Assembly (NCBI GenBank): GCA_965637545.1
Contig: OZ281494.1
Span: forward strand, 27,776,001 to 27,840,000
Reading direction: 5' to 3'
DNA: 64,000 nucleotides
From: Phallusia mammillata
Lineage: Eukaryota
The notes beneath the pieces were generated by a model. The model was not told the origin of the DNA. It worked only from the letters and a program-made list of their open reading frames with translations, and made no database searches. A program made the position numbers and the translations under genes. Every line of letters begins with the position of its first letter. Positions within the stretch are counted from its first letter, which is position 1. Shown in pieces: positions 1 through 25,414 of the stretch.

Positions 1-86
1 GCCAGACAGCGTCATCAAAAACATTTACAAATCGTCGAGCTACTTTCTCTATTTTTACAACTTGTCGACTTATAGTGTTTTGTAAT

Positions 87-404
87 CAGTGGTTCTCAAC
101 TGGTGGTCTATGGACTACTAGCGGTCCATGATGACTTTTTGGGTGGTCCACAGAACGAATTTAGTCCACAATAAATTTGGTGATAAACTGAAGATGATTG
201 TATATTATATATTGAAAGAGGGTCAAAATGTTAGTTGTTAATAATTTTAGCTCACATCTCGAAAATCGGTTTTAAAGAAAAATGTTTCAAGCCAAACTGT
301 TTGTCGCATATGCTTACGTCAATCTTGCTTAAAAATGGAATGGTCCACGATATTATTTTTACTAAGCCGGTAGCCCATGACCTGTAACGAGTTGAGAACT
401 ACTG
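87..404. mobile_element. hAT (Charlie-like) MITE
   Basis: TIRs CAGTGGTTCTCAAC (87) and GTTGAGAACTACTG (391-404). The flanking 8-mers do not match, so this is an older copy. Confidence 0.7.
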
Positions 405-662
405 GTCTAAGCGATTTAATTTTTTGGCAAGAAAGCCATTAACCGGGTGAGTACAAACAACCCGGCGATCGTCACATTTAAACCAGTTATAGAACCTATT
501 CACATATTATATATTTTTGCTCCCTACGAAATCAGAGCAATGTAGTTTGCAAAATAATTTACATTTTTACAGCTGTTTTATCCTTAACCAGTGGTGGGAT
601 TTAATTTTTTTGTCAGCTGGTTCTATCACAAAAGTCATATTTTTTAGCCGGTTCTCTTACAA

Positions 663-1219
663 CAGTGGTTCTCAAAGTATGGGTCGCGCAGGGTGAAAAA
701 TGGGTCGCGCTTTGGTGGTTCAATTCTGTCCAAACGAACTATTACTGCATTAAGTAAACACAAACGAATTTACCTAATGTTGTAGTTGTAAAGTCCCCTC
801 ACTCGACCACGTTGCACAATAAAATGAACTAATCATTGACAATAGCCTTCTGATTTTTGCTGTTACGCACATGGCGATTGTTACGTCATAGCACGGGGAA
901 TAAAAGTTAATCATGCAAAACTGAACGTGGATATGTACCAGTTAGCGTTTGAGGATGAGTATTCTTACACGGAAACATTTTTAGATTTGGGATTTACTTC
1001 TATCAATGACCATGGTGCTACAAAGCCACAATGTGTGTTGTGTTATATGTAGTATTGTCGAATCGAACTCGTTAAACCTGCAGCCATTTTGACACGGGCA
1101 GACTCATATGCGGCGACAACGTGGCCTCGAAATTGTTACATTTTGTTTAAGGCTTGGGTCGTGAGATGTTCATAATACTCAGATTTGGGTCGCAGTCAAA
1201 AAAGTTTGAGAACCACTGT
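663..1219 (+). mobile_element. Charlie-type hAT deletion derivative nested in the 589-1332 element
   Basis: TIRs CAGTGGTTCTCAAA / TTTGAGAACCACTG. Perfect 8-bp TSD TCTTACAA at 655-662 and 1220-1227. Confidence 0.9.
963..1080 (+). pseudogene. Decayed N-terminal BED-finger fragment of a Charlie/ZBED5-type hAT transposase
   Basis: Translates SYTETFLDLGFTSINDHGATKPQCVLCY, then frameshifts to VVLSN. Resembles the Y..GF....KPQCVIC..VL.N motif of Charlie transposases. Confidence 0.65.
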
Positions 1220-1619
1220 CTTACAAAAAGTCCATTGACAGTAACCAGTTATGCTAACCGGTTAGCTGATCTCATAAAATTTCCTGAGACGGTTCTATAG
1301 AACCGGTGCGAACCGGCTGAATCCCACCACTGTCCTTGAACAGTGTTTTGAAAATCGGGTTAGTTGCATATTTTTTGGGTAGGTTCGGTGGATCAGTAAA
1401 TGATTCCTTAATCGAGTTTTTAGTGGAGCTTGACTAAGCAGTGCCGCTTTCAACCAGTTGTTCTCGCTGAAAGTTAAAACCAGCACAACTGTGTTGATTG
1501 GTATATTCAGTTAATGGTAGTTTTTTTTAGTCAAGATGCCACACGCCATGTAGGAGAAAAGATTATCTCCAACAAAATAAAACAAACGCTCGATTCAAAG
1601 CAAAATAATTGGACACAAG

Positions 1620-2020
1620 TAAAAACGCGCGCGCATAAATATCCGCACGGTAGCGCGAAAGAGGCGCAGCAAAGGCCGACGTAGATTGTGACGCGACAAT
1701 CGCTTCAATAAAGCTTCTTTATGATGATAAAACACGCAATAAAACCTCTTTGTAACGTAATAGCGAAGAAATTGGTATCCGAAAGAAAAAAATTGGTTAA
1801 TTGAACGGGTACAAAATGCAGAATACGAAAACAAATCGTTAATCGCGTCAATAAAATGGGGGTCTGTCTTACGTCATAGAAACACGCTATAACGTCATAG
1901 TAACGAAACTGTGACGCGACAAAAGCTGACGCCGAGCTAAAATATGTGATATAGATAAAAAGTGCCAGAAGAGAATTTATGTACACCGCCGATCAAATAA
2001 CGAGCATATTCTGACGTCAT
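1620..2020. promoter_or_regulatory. CpG-rich region with clustered CRE-like words (possible promoter/enhancer)
   Basis: CGCGCG runs plus TTACGTCA, TAACGTCA and TGACGTCA (2012-2019). No associated gene was identified. Confidence 0.3.
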
Positions 2021-4128
2021 ACAGTTTGGGAATGCAAGAATCGTACAAGAAACACTCCCGCTAGTGGCCAGGTAGTCAAAATCGCTTTGTTTGCAAGTTT
2101 TTACTTCGGTCACTAGGGACAGCAGAAGCTGGTCGCTTTCCCTAATCGCAAGGGACAGAAAACAATTACGCCTGCATGTGCGAAATAATTTTACTACAAA
2201 AATGTTCGTTTGTGCAAAAAACGTGGCCGAGAAAATGTATATTGCCCCCTTTGTACGTTGTAACGTGAGAGTTCAAACAATACTACGATACAGTTTGTTG
2301 CGTTTAGCGGTATTTGATCTTGTTGCAGCGCCAAGTTACTGTTTCATGCTGAGTAGTTGAAAATCTGATGTTCAGTAAAGTGGTTCGTCCAAGGCATTTT
2401 TTAAAATTATTTTTGCAGGCATGAAACTCAAGTTGGTAAAAGTGGCCAATGTCATAGTTTAACGTGTAACATAGGTTAGGGAAACTTGTCAGTATCTTAC
2501 CAGTTTTCAGTGGTGCTAGGAATTGTTCACTAGTAAGTAAATTTAACCAGTAATCATTTCGCGTTTAATCAGTTATAACAAACTGTTAACCATTTGCATT
2601 TGCCTTTGGTTCAGGAGAAGAAACCGGACTGCGCTGAATAATTAACTTTCGCGGGAAACATGGGAATCAATACAAGGCTGCTGGCTGGAATTTCATTACA
2701 GCAGTCAGCGACGAACTGGCGTGGGCGTGATTGACACGTTAAGCCCCGCCTTTTCAATTGAACGCAACACGCTTGATGATGAGACAATAGGCCGTCTGGG
2801 CGGGACATAAATTCCAAACACCCACTTTTCTACCATTTCCAGAAACAAGTATGGACAAGAAAGGTAAAACATCGATAACTAGGCGTAAGAGTTTAGGGAT
2901 TTTTCCCTTTAATTACTGTGGGATAACACTATAGACTTTTAATAAACAGTAAAAATTGGTAGGTTTTACCATAAGTGTTGCTAAGGAGGGCATAGGATGG
3001 TTGAAACAGACTGGCGTAAGTATTAAGTGTGGTTTGCATAATTTGCTTCGCCCTTGCACACAAAATAACCTGCTGCAAGTCGATTAGAGAGCAGACCATT
3101 GGAGTAAAAGAAAAGATTAAAACATAGGCCTTAGATAGAACAAGACATAAAACAATTCAGAATACAGCATAAAAACCAGGTAACAGGCTGAAAAAGACAA
3201 AAAAAACACCAGAAAGTTAAAAAAACTAGGGTTTGGTTCATAGAATAGAATACTTCAAGAAAACATACCTGTCTAGTTTACATGACAATAGTTCAATATT
3301 TTAGTGACAATTTATCACATATCACTATTTTGGTAAATCAGGATTAGCTTTTACTGATTTTCTACTTTTTAATGATTATTTTTGTTTGTAGCCTATGACT
3401 TGTTTAAAAAACCTTAATAAGTTAATTTCCTAAAACGCATGGTGAAATTTCCTAAAGAAGGATTTCAGGCAATTCAGTTTAACAAAGGGGATTTTCAAAA
3501 CAGATCAGTTAAAATTAAAAGTGATTGGAAAACTCTTTGTATAACAAACTCAGAACAACTTTATATGATATATCAGTTTTTCTGCTGTCCAAATAAAACT
3601 TGCAAAACCGAAAATATGCTTTTCCAAAATTGAAGAAACTTGGAGCATTTATCAATGGGTTGATTTTTTTGTTTATCTAATATTTTGAACAAATTAAAAA
3701 TTTAAAGTGGATTTGCGGCTAAAATTTGAAATCAGTTTGTTTGCATTTATAAGCAAGGGTTCAACCACGTGAAAACCAGTGCTGTCAGTCAAACAGGATA
3801 AAAATCAATTATGAGCGATCGCTCTTTGATGACAATTTAGTGTTGCATTAAAAAGGAAGTCAAAACCTGCCAGTACCAGAGTGTAGAACAATACTAAACA
3901 ATATTACATTGTTTTGTGCTTAGTGGCAAATTGAAGCATTTGATAAAGTGAACCATGTACATATTGTTGACAGCAAAATATAATCTCTGTGAAAACTAGA
4001 ATTTGCAATAAGTTTTGCGTTTGGTTACTGTAACTTTATGTAACATTTGGTTAAGTAACATGAAACCGATAAAAACGTAATTATGTTTGCAGCTAATTTT
4101 GTTTAAAGCAGCAAGTTAATCATGCGAT

Positions 4129-4134
4129 TTTATT
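4129..4134 (-). terminator. Candidate polyadenylation signal of the G-alpha-q gene
   Basis: AATAAA on the minus strand about 270 nt after the stop codon. Confidence 0.4.
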
Positions 4135-4399
4135 GCCTTTGAACAGTTTAGGGTGTGCGCAGGCATTCTGTCAGTAATGACCACTGCAACCCCCCAAAAT
4201 TCTCAACTTTGGTGAATTTGCGAAAATGTCTCAAGTCAAGGTTTCCACAACCTTTTTTAGTTTCCAGTCAAAGAATAGACTTTCATAGCGGGGCAAAATA
4301 TCTTTTCAAAGAATTTTAAAATCCTTGTCCCAAGGTGTGGCACCGCTTCTGGTGTTATCGAGCAGCTGAAGTCATACAAGTCTTTGACTACAGGTCCGC

Positions 4400-17795
<13,396 letters not shown>

Positions 17796-19514
17796 TGTGC
17801 CAAACCGATGTTCAAACGGTCAAGATAATAACTTCCTTGTCACGTTATAGCAGGTGAGGCCAAGCAGTAACTGTAGTAGCAGCGACCCGCTTTGCTGGTC
17901 TAAAGTTCCAAATGAGTCTGTTATTGTTTTGGACAACGACGATTAATGAGCAAAGCTTCCTCAGGCCAGCGTTTTTTGCCCTACAAAGTCAACACACGTT
18001 TAACGCCTGAAAAAAATGTGGCATACGTTAGTAAGATCTCGATAGCTCCGCCTTTACTCCTTGCCAAAACCAATGGCCTGAATATCCTTGCCAGAATAAA
18101 ACCGCGAATATGTCGGTTCTTATATATGGACCCAACATATGGTTAAGCAAGCCCTGTTTTACATGCAAGACCAAAACTGCGCAATAAATTTAGGTCCAAT
18201 ATAAAAAAAACATTCTAAAGCAGGACTTTGTATCTTTTTAATTCAATTTCACATGAACTGAAGCATAAAAATCATTTAAAGCTTTACCTAGTCAGACAAT
18301 ACCTTTCTATTTAAACTCAATCACAAATTTACTGCACATGACATTTGACTTGGTGTTGTTGCCGCTGCAAAATTTATCACAAATGTAAAAAACACGTACT
18401 TTACGTTGATAGTTATGAATATAACCGAAGAAGCTCAGCGGTCAACCAAAACGTTAGTGCGACCCACAAAAATAGTGGACCAAAGCAAATGCATATACTA
18501 TAAGTCCGCTGTATTTTAACTTTTAATAAAACACCTAATTCAACTTACTTAGTCAGCACGCCTTACTAGGTCCAGAATTTAACTGTGACGTCAGAGATTC
18601 GCATTAACAAACCCATTGTGTGACCCCAATCAAGCCTATAGAAAAAATATAATACAACACAAAAAAACATATTCCCTTGATGTTTATTTTGTTTCGTGGT
18701 TTACATTTACATTTATGTATTCACGGTAAACATTTGCATTTACATATTTATACAATGTGTCCTTAAATTAATACGTTTAATTTTTTGCGACCCAAATTTT
18801 GATCGTTACTCATTATTTTGGGACCACCATTCTATCTAGTTTCAAGTATGAGCCTTGTGTAAAACATTAGCTAATTATTTTCAAAACATAATGAGATTTT
18901 GAGCACAACGGTAGTTGCAAACGCCCTTTCCAACGAAAAACAAAATCACAAAATCATTAAACCCAATAATTCTATTTTTTCACTCAAAAAGCATTTGGAG
19001 GTTTCTTACAGTTCTTATTGACAACCTATTTTAAAAATTCGCGAAAATAGGCTACAGTACAATCGCTAACATTAGTTCAGTACTCTTTGTTGCATTATAA
19101 ACGTGTAATATGCGAAAAAAATAATTATGGCACTATCTGGACTCGAAAAGATCATACCACCTCAAAGGCTTTCGCTTCCAATGGTACGCGTATTACAGTT
19201 TGATTTAACCTGACCACTAAAATATACACGAGTGATGACATTTTTCTCGCAAAAATGACCACTATTACGTAATAATGATACGATAAGTAAAAACTGCTGG
19301 TCTCTCAGCATTGAGGTTATTATTAGCATCATGACTCAACATTTCTCGAAAACTGAAACAAAATTTGCGCCCTGTGTGCAAAACGACACTATTGTGACAT
19401 GCTATTTATATATTGCCCATGTGATTCACCAGCAAAGCACCTGTTACATTAGAGTGCTAGAAATATTCTGATTAAAACAAAAACCATGCATATCTTCATT
19501 TGGTTCATTTGGGC

Positions 19515-21006
19515 CAGGGGTGGGGAACCTTTTGATTCATAAAGGCCACGCAACGTTTTGTCGACACTCGTGTAGGCCGCATTGTCTATTTCTCTGGTTT
19601 AAAACAGTGGTTTCTAGGGATGTTCAAAGTAGAATAATTGGGTATTCTAGAATAATTGATGCGAATCTAGAATATCGAATCCAATTCTTATATTATTTTT
19701 GACTGAGCAATCATTAATCTTAAAAACAACTAAATTATACCAGTTTAGTACATTATAAAACGTATTTTTCAGTTATAATGTAAAAAAAGAACCATACAAA
19801 ACAAAAAAAAACACCGGAAAAAAACGTTGCACAACTGAATTAAAACTAAATGACCCAAAATCCACTAAGCCAGAAAAATTAGCATAAAGTTAAAAAATAA
19901 CTTTTACTTTTATTTAGTTTTATTTTATTTAGTGATTATTATTGCCTTTAGTAGAAGTAACTATGTTGTAAGCATGCTGTGGTACCTTGATTTGTTGATG
20001 GTAGAGGACTGACATACACTCCCTAGTGTACTAATATATAACGTTTGTTAACCTAAAACAACTGCAAAAACAGGCACCCTAGCAAAGTTAAAATATTTGG
20101 TGATGTAAAGCTGGGACATTGGGTGATTTTAAATTCTACCATCGATTTTGCAACACAAAATGTGAACTTTGCAGCGTGTACTGACTGCATTCTTATGTTC
20201 GTATGGGGTTAAAAAATGATGCAAATGTCATATGTTATGGGATTCCGTCACTGTTTTTGCGATATTAACAGACAATCCCATGCTTCCAATCGCCGCCTAA
20301 CGCCATGACCGTTAATTTTTTGTTGTGTCGGAAACAATTAGATGCTGGTAAGACGTTGCAAAAAGTCGCCGGTATGTCATTCAATGGCATAAGCATAATC
20401 ACGTGATCAGATGCGTAACAAGTGCGCTAATCGTTAATTATGCCTCCAACGCATAACCGTCGCTAAGGCGTTGTTATAGCGACTCGTGGCTTGGCGTTAT
20501 AAGGTTGTATAGCGCTCCCTGATTTGACGGCGACGAGTCACTTGCCGTCTTTACAACTGGAATAATGACCGGGCGTCGACGTGAAAACGTAACGCATGTG
20601 TTTACATTTTTACCAACGGCAAGAGCACACATTTATATCGGTTCCAATTACCCGATATAAACGGCAAAAATGGATTCGAATCTAACTGGATTCGAATCCA
20701 AAGGATTCGTTATTCTACTTTGAACATCCCTAGTGGTTTCCAAACAGTTTTGTTTACATAATGGTCTTTTGTATTTTTTCCAAATAGCACGGTCAAAGGT
20801 GAATGCAATGTTAAACCTAAACAAATTTCCCACTACAACATTCAGGATTTATTTTACCTGCAGATTCGTTTTGTATGCATATCTATGATCTATTCTAAGA
20901 GACGTTTGTTACATCACAGAGAAATCTAAAACATTGCATTATGCGCAAACAATTTGACATGAAGGCCGCATTACTACCCCAAAAGGCCGCAGGTTCCCCA
21001 CCCCTG
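19515..21006. mobile_element. Non-autonomous hAT element (outer element of a second nested pair)
   Basis: TIRs CAGGGGTGGGGAACCT / AGGTTCCCCACCCCTG. Perfect TSD ATTTGGGC at 19507-19514 and 21007-21014. Confidence 0.92.
19615..20732. mobile_element. Non-autonomous hAT element nested in 19515-21006
   Basis: 23-bp TIRs TAGGGATGTTCAAAGTAGAATAA / TTATTCTACTTTGAACATCCCTA. Subterminal CGAATC repeats. Perfect TSD GTGGTTTC at 19607-19614 and 20733-20740. Confidence 0.92.
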
Positions 21007-22379
21007 ATTTGGGCCTACACAACGTTAAGTTGTATGTTGAAAAGATAAACAAAGCATGAACATCAGTAAACCGAAAGTAGGTCAAGGCTAGCGGAAATGT
21101 TAACTGCAACAAACTTTTGTTCTTATTATATTTGTATAGTAGACAATTTTAACGTTTTGTGGGCTTGGCAAAGGATGTGCAGCATGTGTCCCAGTAGGCT
21201 CATCACCATCAGTAATAAAGGTTGCACACCCCTGCGCTTATGTATGAAATTGATCTGCACAAAGACTGTCCTAAGTAGCGTTGAAGAAACAATGGCTACG
21301 ATAGCTGTTTGCTACATTTCTTCACGCAATCGTTTAGTTTCTTTGTTTAATGCAACACTGTAAACTCCAAAATGAGAAAGTTCAAACGTACGCAAATTAC
21401 ATTGCCATTTAGCAGACATACACAACTTAAATGGATGTCGTTCTAATGCTAATTGCTACGTGTAAAAAAACGGCTGCGGAGGAAAAATGAAACAAGGAGC
21501 AGATGAAATACGTACTGATAAATTGTGTCGACTTTATCGACCCTACAACTTTGGAAGCAATGTTTAACCTTTGTGTTTTTGAGACCTTGTGTTAAGGGGG
21601 TGTGCAACAGAGGCTACAAAGTGGTAGCTGCAGTTAAAGGCCCCGAAGAAAGTTTTATAAGTAGCATAAAGCAGTAATTATTATTAACCGGTGGTAAAAT
21701 TATACCCATTTTGTAGATTTCACCTAGGTTAAAGTAGGTCGCGGAAGTCTTGTCAAGGTTTGACGAATAAAACATCTTTTTTCTGCTTTAGTACATATTG
21801 CTTTTACCATGCCATGTCGCCAATTAAGTATTTGTTTACAAGAGCACTTTTAGCAACCTTTTCTTTTGACTTTTTATAGTTTATAGTTTAGTGGAAATAA
21901 TTTGTTAACAAAGTGTGGGGGCAAAGAGAAAAAGGGGATAAGAACCACGATGCAGTCGCAGAGTGAAACTACAAGAACACATTATGAGGTGAGTTTGAAA
22001 AATATTTTCCAGAAGATGGTCTCTTCGGTCTCATAAGTTGCTATACTCGGCTGATATACGCGCCAGCACAAACGGAAGTGAAGTACCCCGTCAACACTGA
22101 TTTATCGTTATAACATCACTTCCTTTATTCTGACTCTGTACTCGTCCATACAGCTGCCACACTTTATTTGGGCAACGAGACAAATATTTAGCAGTCATGA
22201 AATTGGTCCTTACTGGGGTATTTCACCGATAGCATATATATACTGCAACTGTCAAAACTCAAAACAATGATCCGTTGGATTTTAAGCTCTATCTATGTCA
22301 CCAGGACAATTACCCTGCCACAGGCGTCGTTGCCTTGTTGTTGTTTTTTTGTGATTAAAATATGTTCACATGTCTAGAA

Positions 22380-22494
22380 CAGTGGTTCCCAACCTTTCGT
22401 GGACCATGCCCCCCTTAAAGTAACTTTTTGGCCTCGGGGGGGGGGGGGGGGGGGGGGGGGGGGCGAGGGCATGGGCCCTGGTTGGGAACCACTG
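22380..22494. mobile_element. 115-bp Charlie-type MITE with an internal G28 tract
   Basis: TIRs CAGTGGTTCCCAACC / GGTTGGGAACCACTG. Perfect TSD GTCTAGAA, fitting the NTCTAGAN Charlie target. Poly-G at 22436-22463. Confidence 0.9.
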
Positions 22495-25414
22495 GTCTAG
22501 AAATCTAAATCTATAAATCATTGTTGTCTACTATAGCTCAGTTTGGAATTGACGAGCAACAAAATAAATACATTTAGTGGTGTAATCATTATACGGAGCA
22601 AACTGTTTTCAAATCTTGCTTTTTATGCAAAACGGCTGCGGCTCAATATAAATTTTACCAATAAACAGCACAAAAACACGTAAAACACAGATTCTAAACA
22701 GAATAAGCTGATAAAAATACTTCCAAGCCATCTAGGTCCATTTTTAGACTCAACATGATCCAAATACAGCTAGTCGACTGTTACAGAACACAAAACAGCG
22801 AACATCAAACACATTAACTCTAACTATTGAAACTGTAGGCAACACTGGTTCTACTTGACAACAGAACTATAACGTTATACGTGACGACACTATAGTTCAC
22901 TGTTCCATCACAGCAGTAGCTGCAGTCGTTTGCGGCGGGAATTCTGCGGTTGTGGACAGCGCTTGTCAATCTGGCGCTATTGTGAGGAAGTTTCCCATAA
23001 AAAATCCGCCACAAGCCCATCTGACAATCGCTTCTGAACATCCTGTGTGACTCCATCGTACTCTCATCATCATGCGCTGATGCATGCCTTGCTTTACACG
23101 CGCTACTCTACCACTGTATAACTGCTGGCTAAATGACCGAAATCTACACATGCCTCACAGCGGAAGACGAAGCATTAGGACATGAAACCAAACTTTACTG
23201 GTTCGGATGATTGTTTGATGGTAATTGTGATGTAATATAATGAAATGTGTTCAGATTGAAAAGTTCATCGGCAAACACCATGAAGGCGTTTTTCATTCAG
23301 ACTATTTGGATTGATGTAAACATAAGCTAACTGCTGTACGATGTACATGTTGTGGATGACTTTGCCTAAATGTTACACACATAGGATGTGACATAAAAAG
23401 TGTTTCACAGGATGTAAAATACTTTTTAACCGATACGTCAGAATTTTTGTGCAAGTCAATTTTGTATTAACTTTTTCGATAAAGCTATACAGATTGTTTT
23501 CTGAAAAGCTTTAAATAATGGCATCATTATTCAAGCTTAGTTTCGACAGAACAAAGGATCTATTCACACCGAATCAAATGCGATTGAGTCATATCACTGG
23601 TTTATCGTTAGAGAGCATACAATTTACCAAAGCAAGGCTAGTATTGTGAAGCAAAACTTAAATTTTGGATCGTAGTACCTTGGTCAAGAGCGAGTTCGCT
23701 TTTCAAACACTTGCTAGTTATTTTAAAGTCCATAAATCACGACTACCTTGATAACGAATTAACTCTCCAATGTAACTATTGTAATGAACGCCTCATCACC
23801 TCTTGTACTTCTATATCAGAAGCAATGCAGCACTAACGAACGATCAGCAGATGCTAACTACACCAATACAGCAACGTACATCAGTAATTTGTCGCTAACT
23901 TCCTCTCTTTGCGATTTATGCGTTTTGTGGTCGGTGTGCAACGTTAGTAGCTGATGGGTTTGTGGTGATAATAAACTCATAATTATGCATAAAAACAGTT
24001 CAATTCTGAGGCGTCTGAGTACTCATATGACTGCTTCTTTATACTATGGCGCAACAAAAACTATTGCACGCAGCAAAAATTTACAGGCATTTATACAACA
24101 TAACAAATACCTTGTCAAGAATATTTTTCCTTCAACTCATCCAATACACGCAATTGAGATAAAAACGATTTGGCTAAACTGTTTTCTGAGTTATGTGCAG
24201 ATTACGAAACAGCAATGGACATTTTTGGCTTCAGCAAAGTTCTGCATCTGGAAATCATAATTATTAAGAACGTCTGTTATTAAACTTTTCTTGAAAGACA
24301 CCGACACTAAAATTTCAAGTTCACGTTTTACACGTCTTTGTTTAAACAACCAATCAAAGAATTTTAGTTTTTTTGCTAAACTAACGACGCAAAAACTAAA
24401 CTCTTAAAGAACGCCAACGTTTCTTGACACATTTGGCTAGGCAGAAAGACATTTCCCTGAAATTTTCGCTGAAATCAGTCGCTTACTATAACAATATCTT
24501 TACTGCACTCTGCATTGGATTGGGCGGGGCAGATGAATCGTAACAAAACATTGCATTGCACACCTGTAAATGAACAGCGCCTTTAGTGGAAAGCGTGGTA
24601 GATATTTTGTACAGACTGGGGAACTCAAAATGGCCATGTTTAATTGATCAAACTCATGTGACAAACAACACTGTTTATTGCATAACAACTAGGTAACATC
24701 AATTAAAAAACACAGTGGTAGTCAAACATTTATATCATTATCAAGTTGACAAAACTGGTTAAAACCAACGGAAACAACTTAAAAATATTTTAATCAAGAA
24801 TATTAAAAAATTCAAATCAACATAAACTTACGATGGTAGGATTTCCCAAACTCAACAAAAAGCAAAAATTTCTCCAAAATTCTTTACTGAAGCAAACGTT
24901 TTTTTACGCAAATCGGATTTGATAATGTTTGTCTTGGTTTCAAAAGTTGGCTAATAAAGGTATCATCACTTTAACAAGAAAACGTAACGCTACAACAGGT
25001 AAAGGTAACGCAGTGCTGTAACTAATAGTAACCTCTAAGAAGCAACATAAGCGTTTTCTAATGAAAGGTAATATCGTTGCACTACAATTAGCAAAAAGGT
25101 AAACTTTTTTACATGTCGATATCAACAACGTTGTCAATTAGGTAAAGCCGTTGCTAATCAGTCTACTTACCTGATTTAACTGTAAGAAAAAGTCAAAACG
25201 TTAAAAGGCATGCAAAGAGACCAAACTTTTACTTGCCCAAAGTAATTCACAATATTTCATGCAACTTACTAATTAATGATGCTAATTTTAGCCTCAAAGT
25301 TTATTACGTAAAAATAAATTACACTAAACTTTTGTCAAGCTGATAATCAACAAAAAAATGAACAAGCGCTGCGTTAAACATAAACATCAAGGTAAGATCA
25401 TTTCAGGCAAAGAG

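Larger units (their letters stand above)
589..1332. mobile_element. hAT MITE (outer element of a nested pair)
   Basis: TIRs CAGTGGTGGGATT / AATCCCACCACTG. Flanks TCCTTAAC / TCCTTGAA (6/8 TSD match). Subterminal CCGGTT/AACCGG words. Confidence 0.8.

Noticed and set aside
19605-20840. Third nesting level starting at CAGTGGTTTCCAAAC
   Set aside because: No convincing right TIR or TSD found.
22900-23330. Possible LINE ORF1 zinc-knuckle relic (RCEACVDFGHLASS) on the minus strand
   Set aside because: Many stops, an incomplete CCHC motif and no RT nearby; too weak to call.
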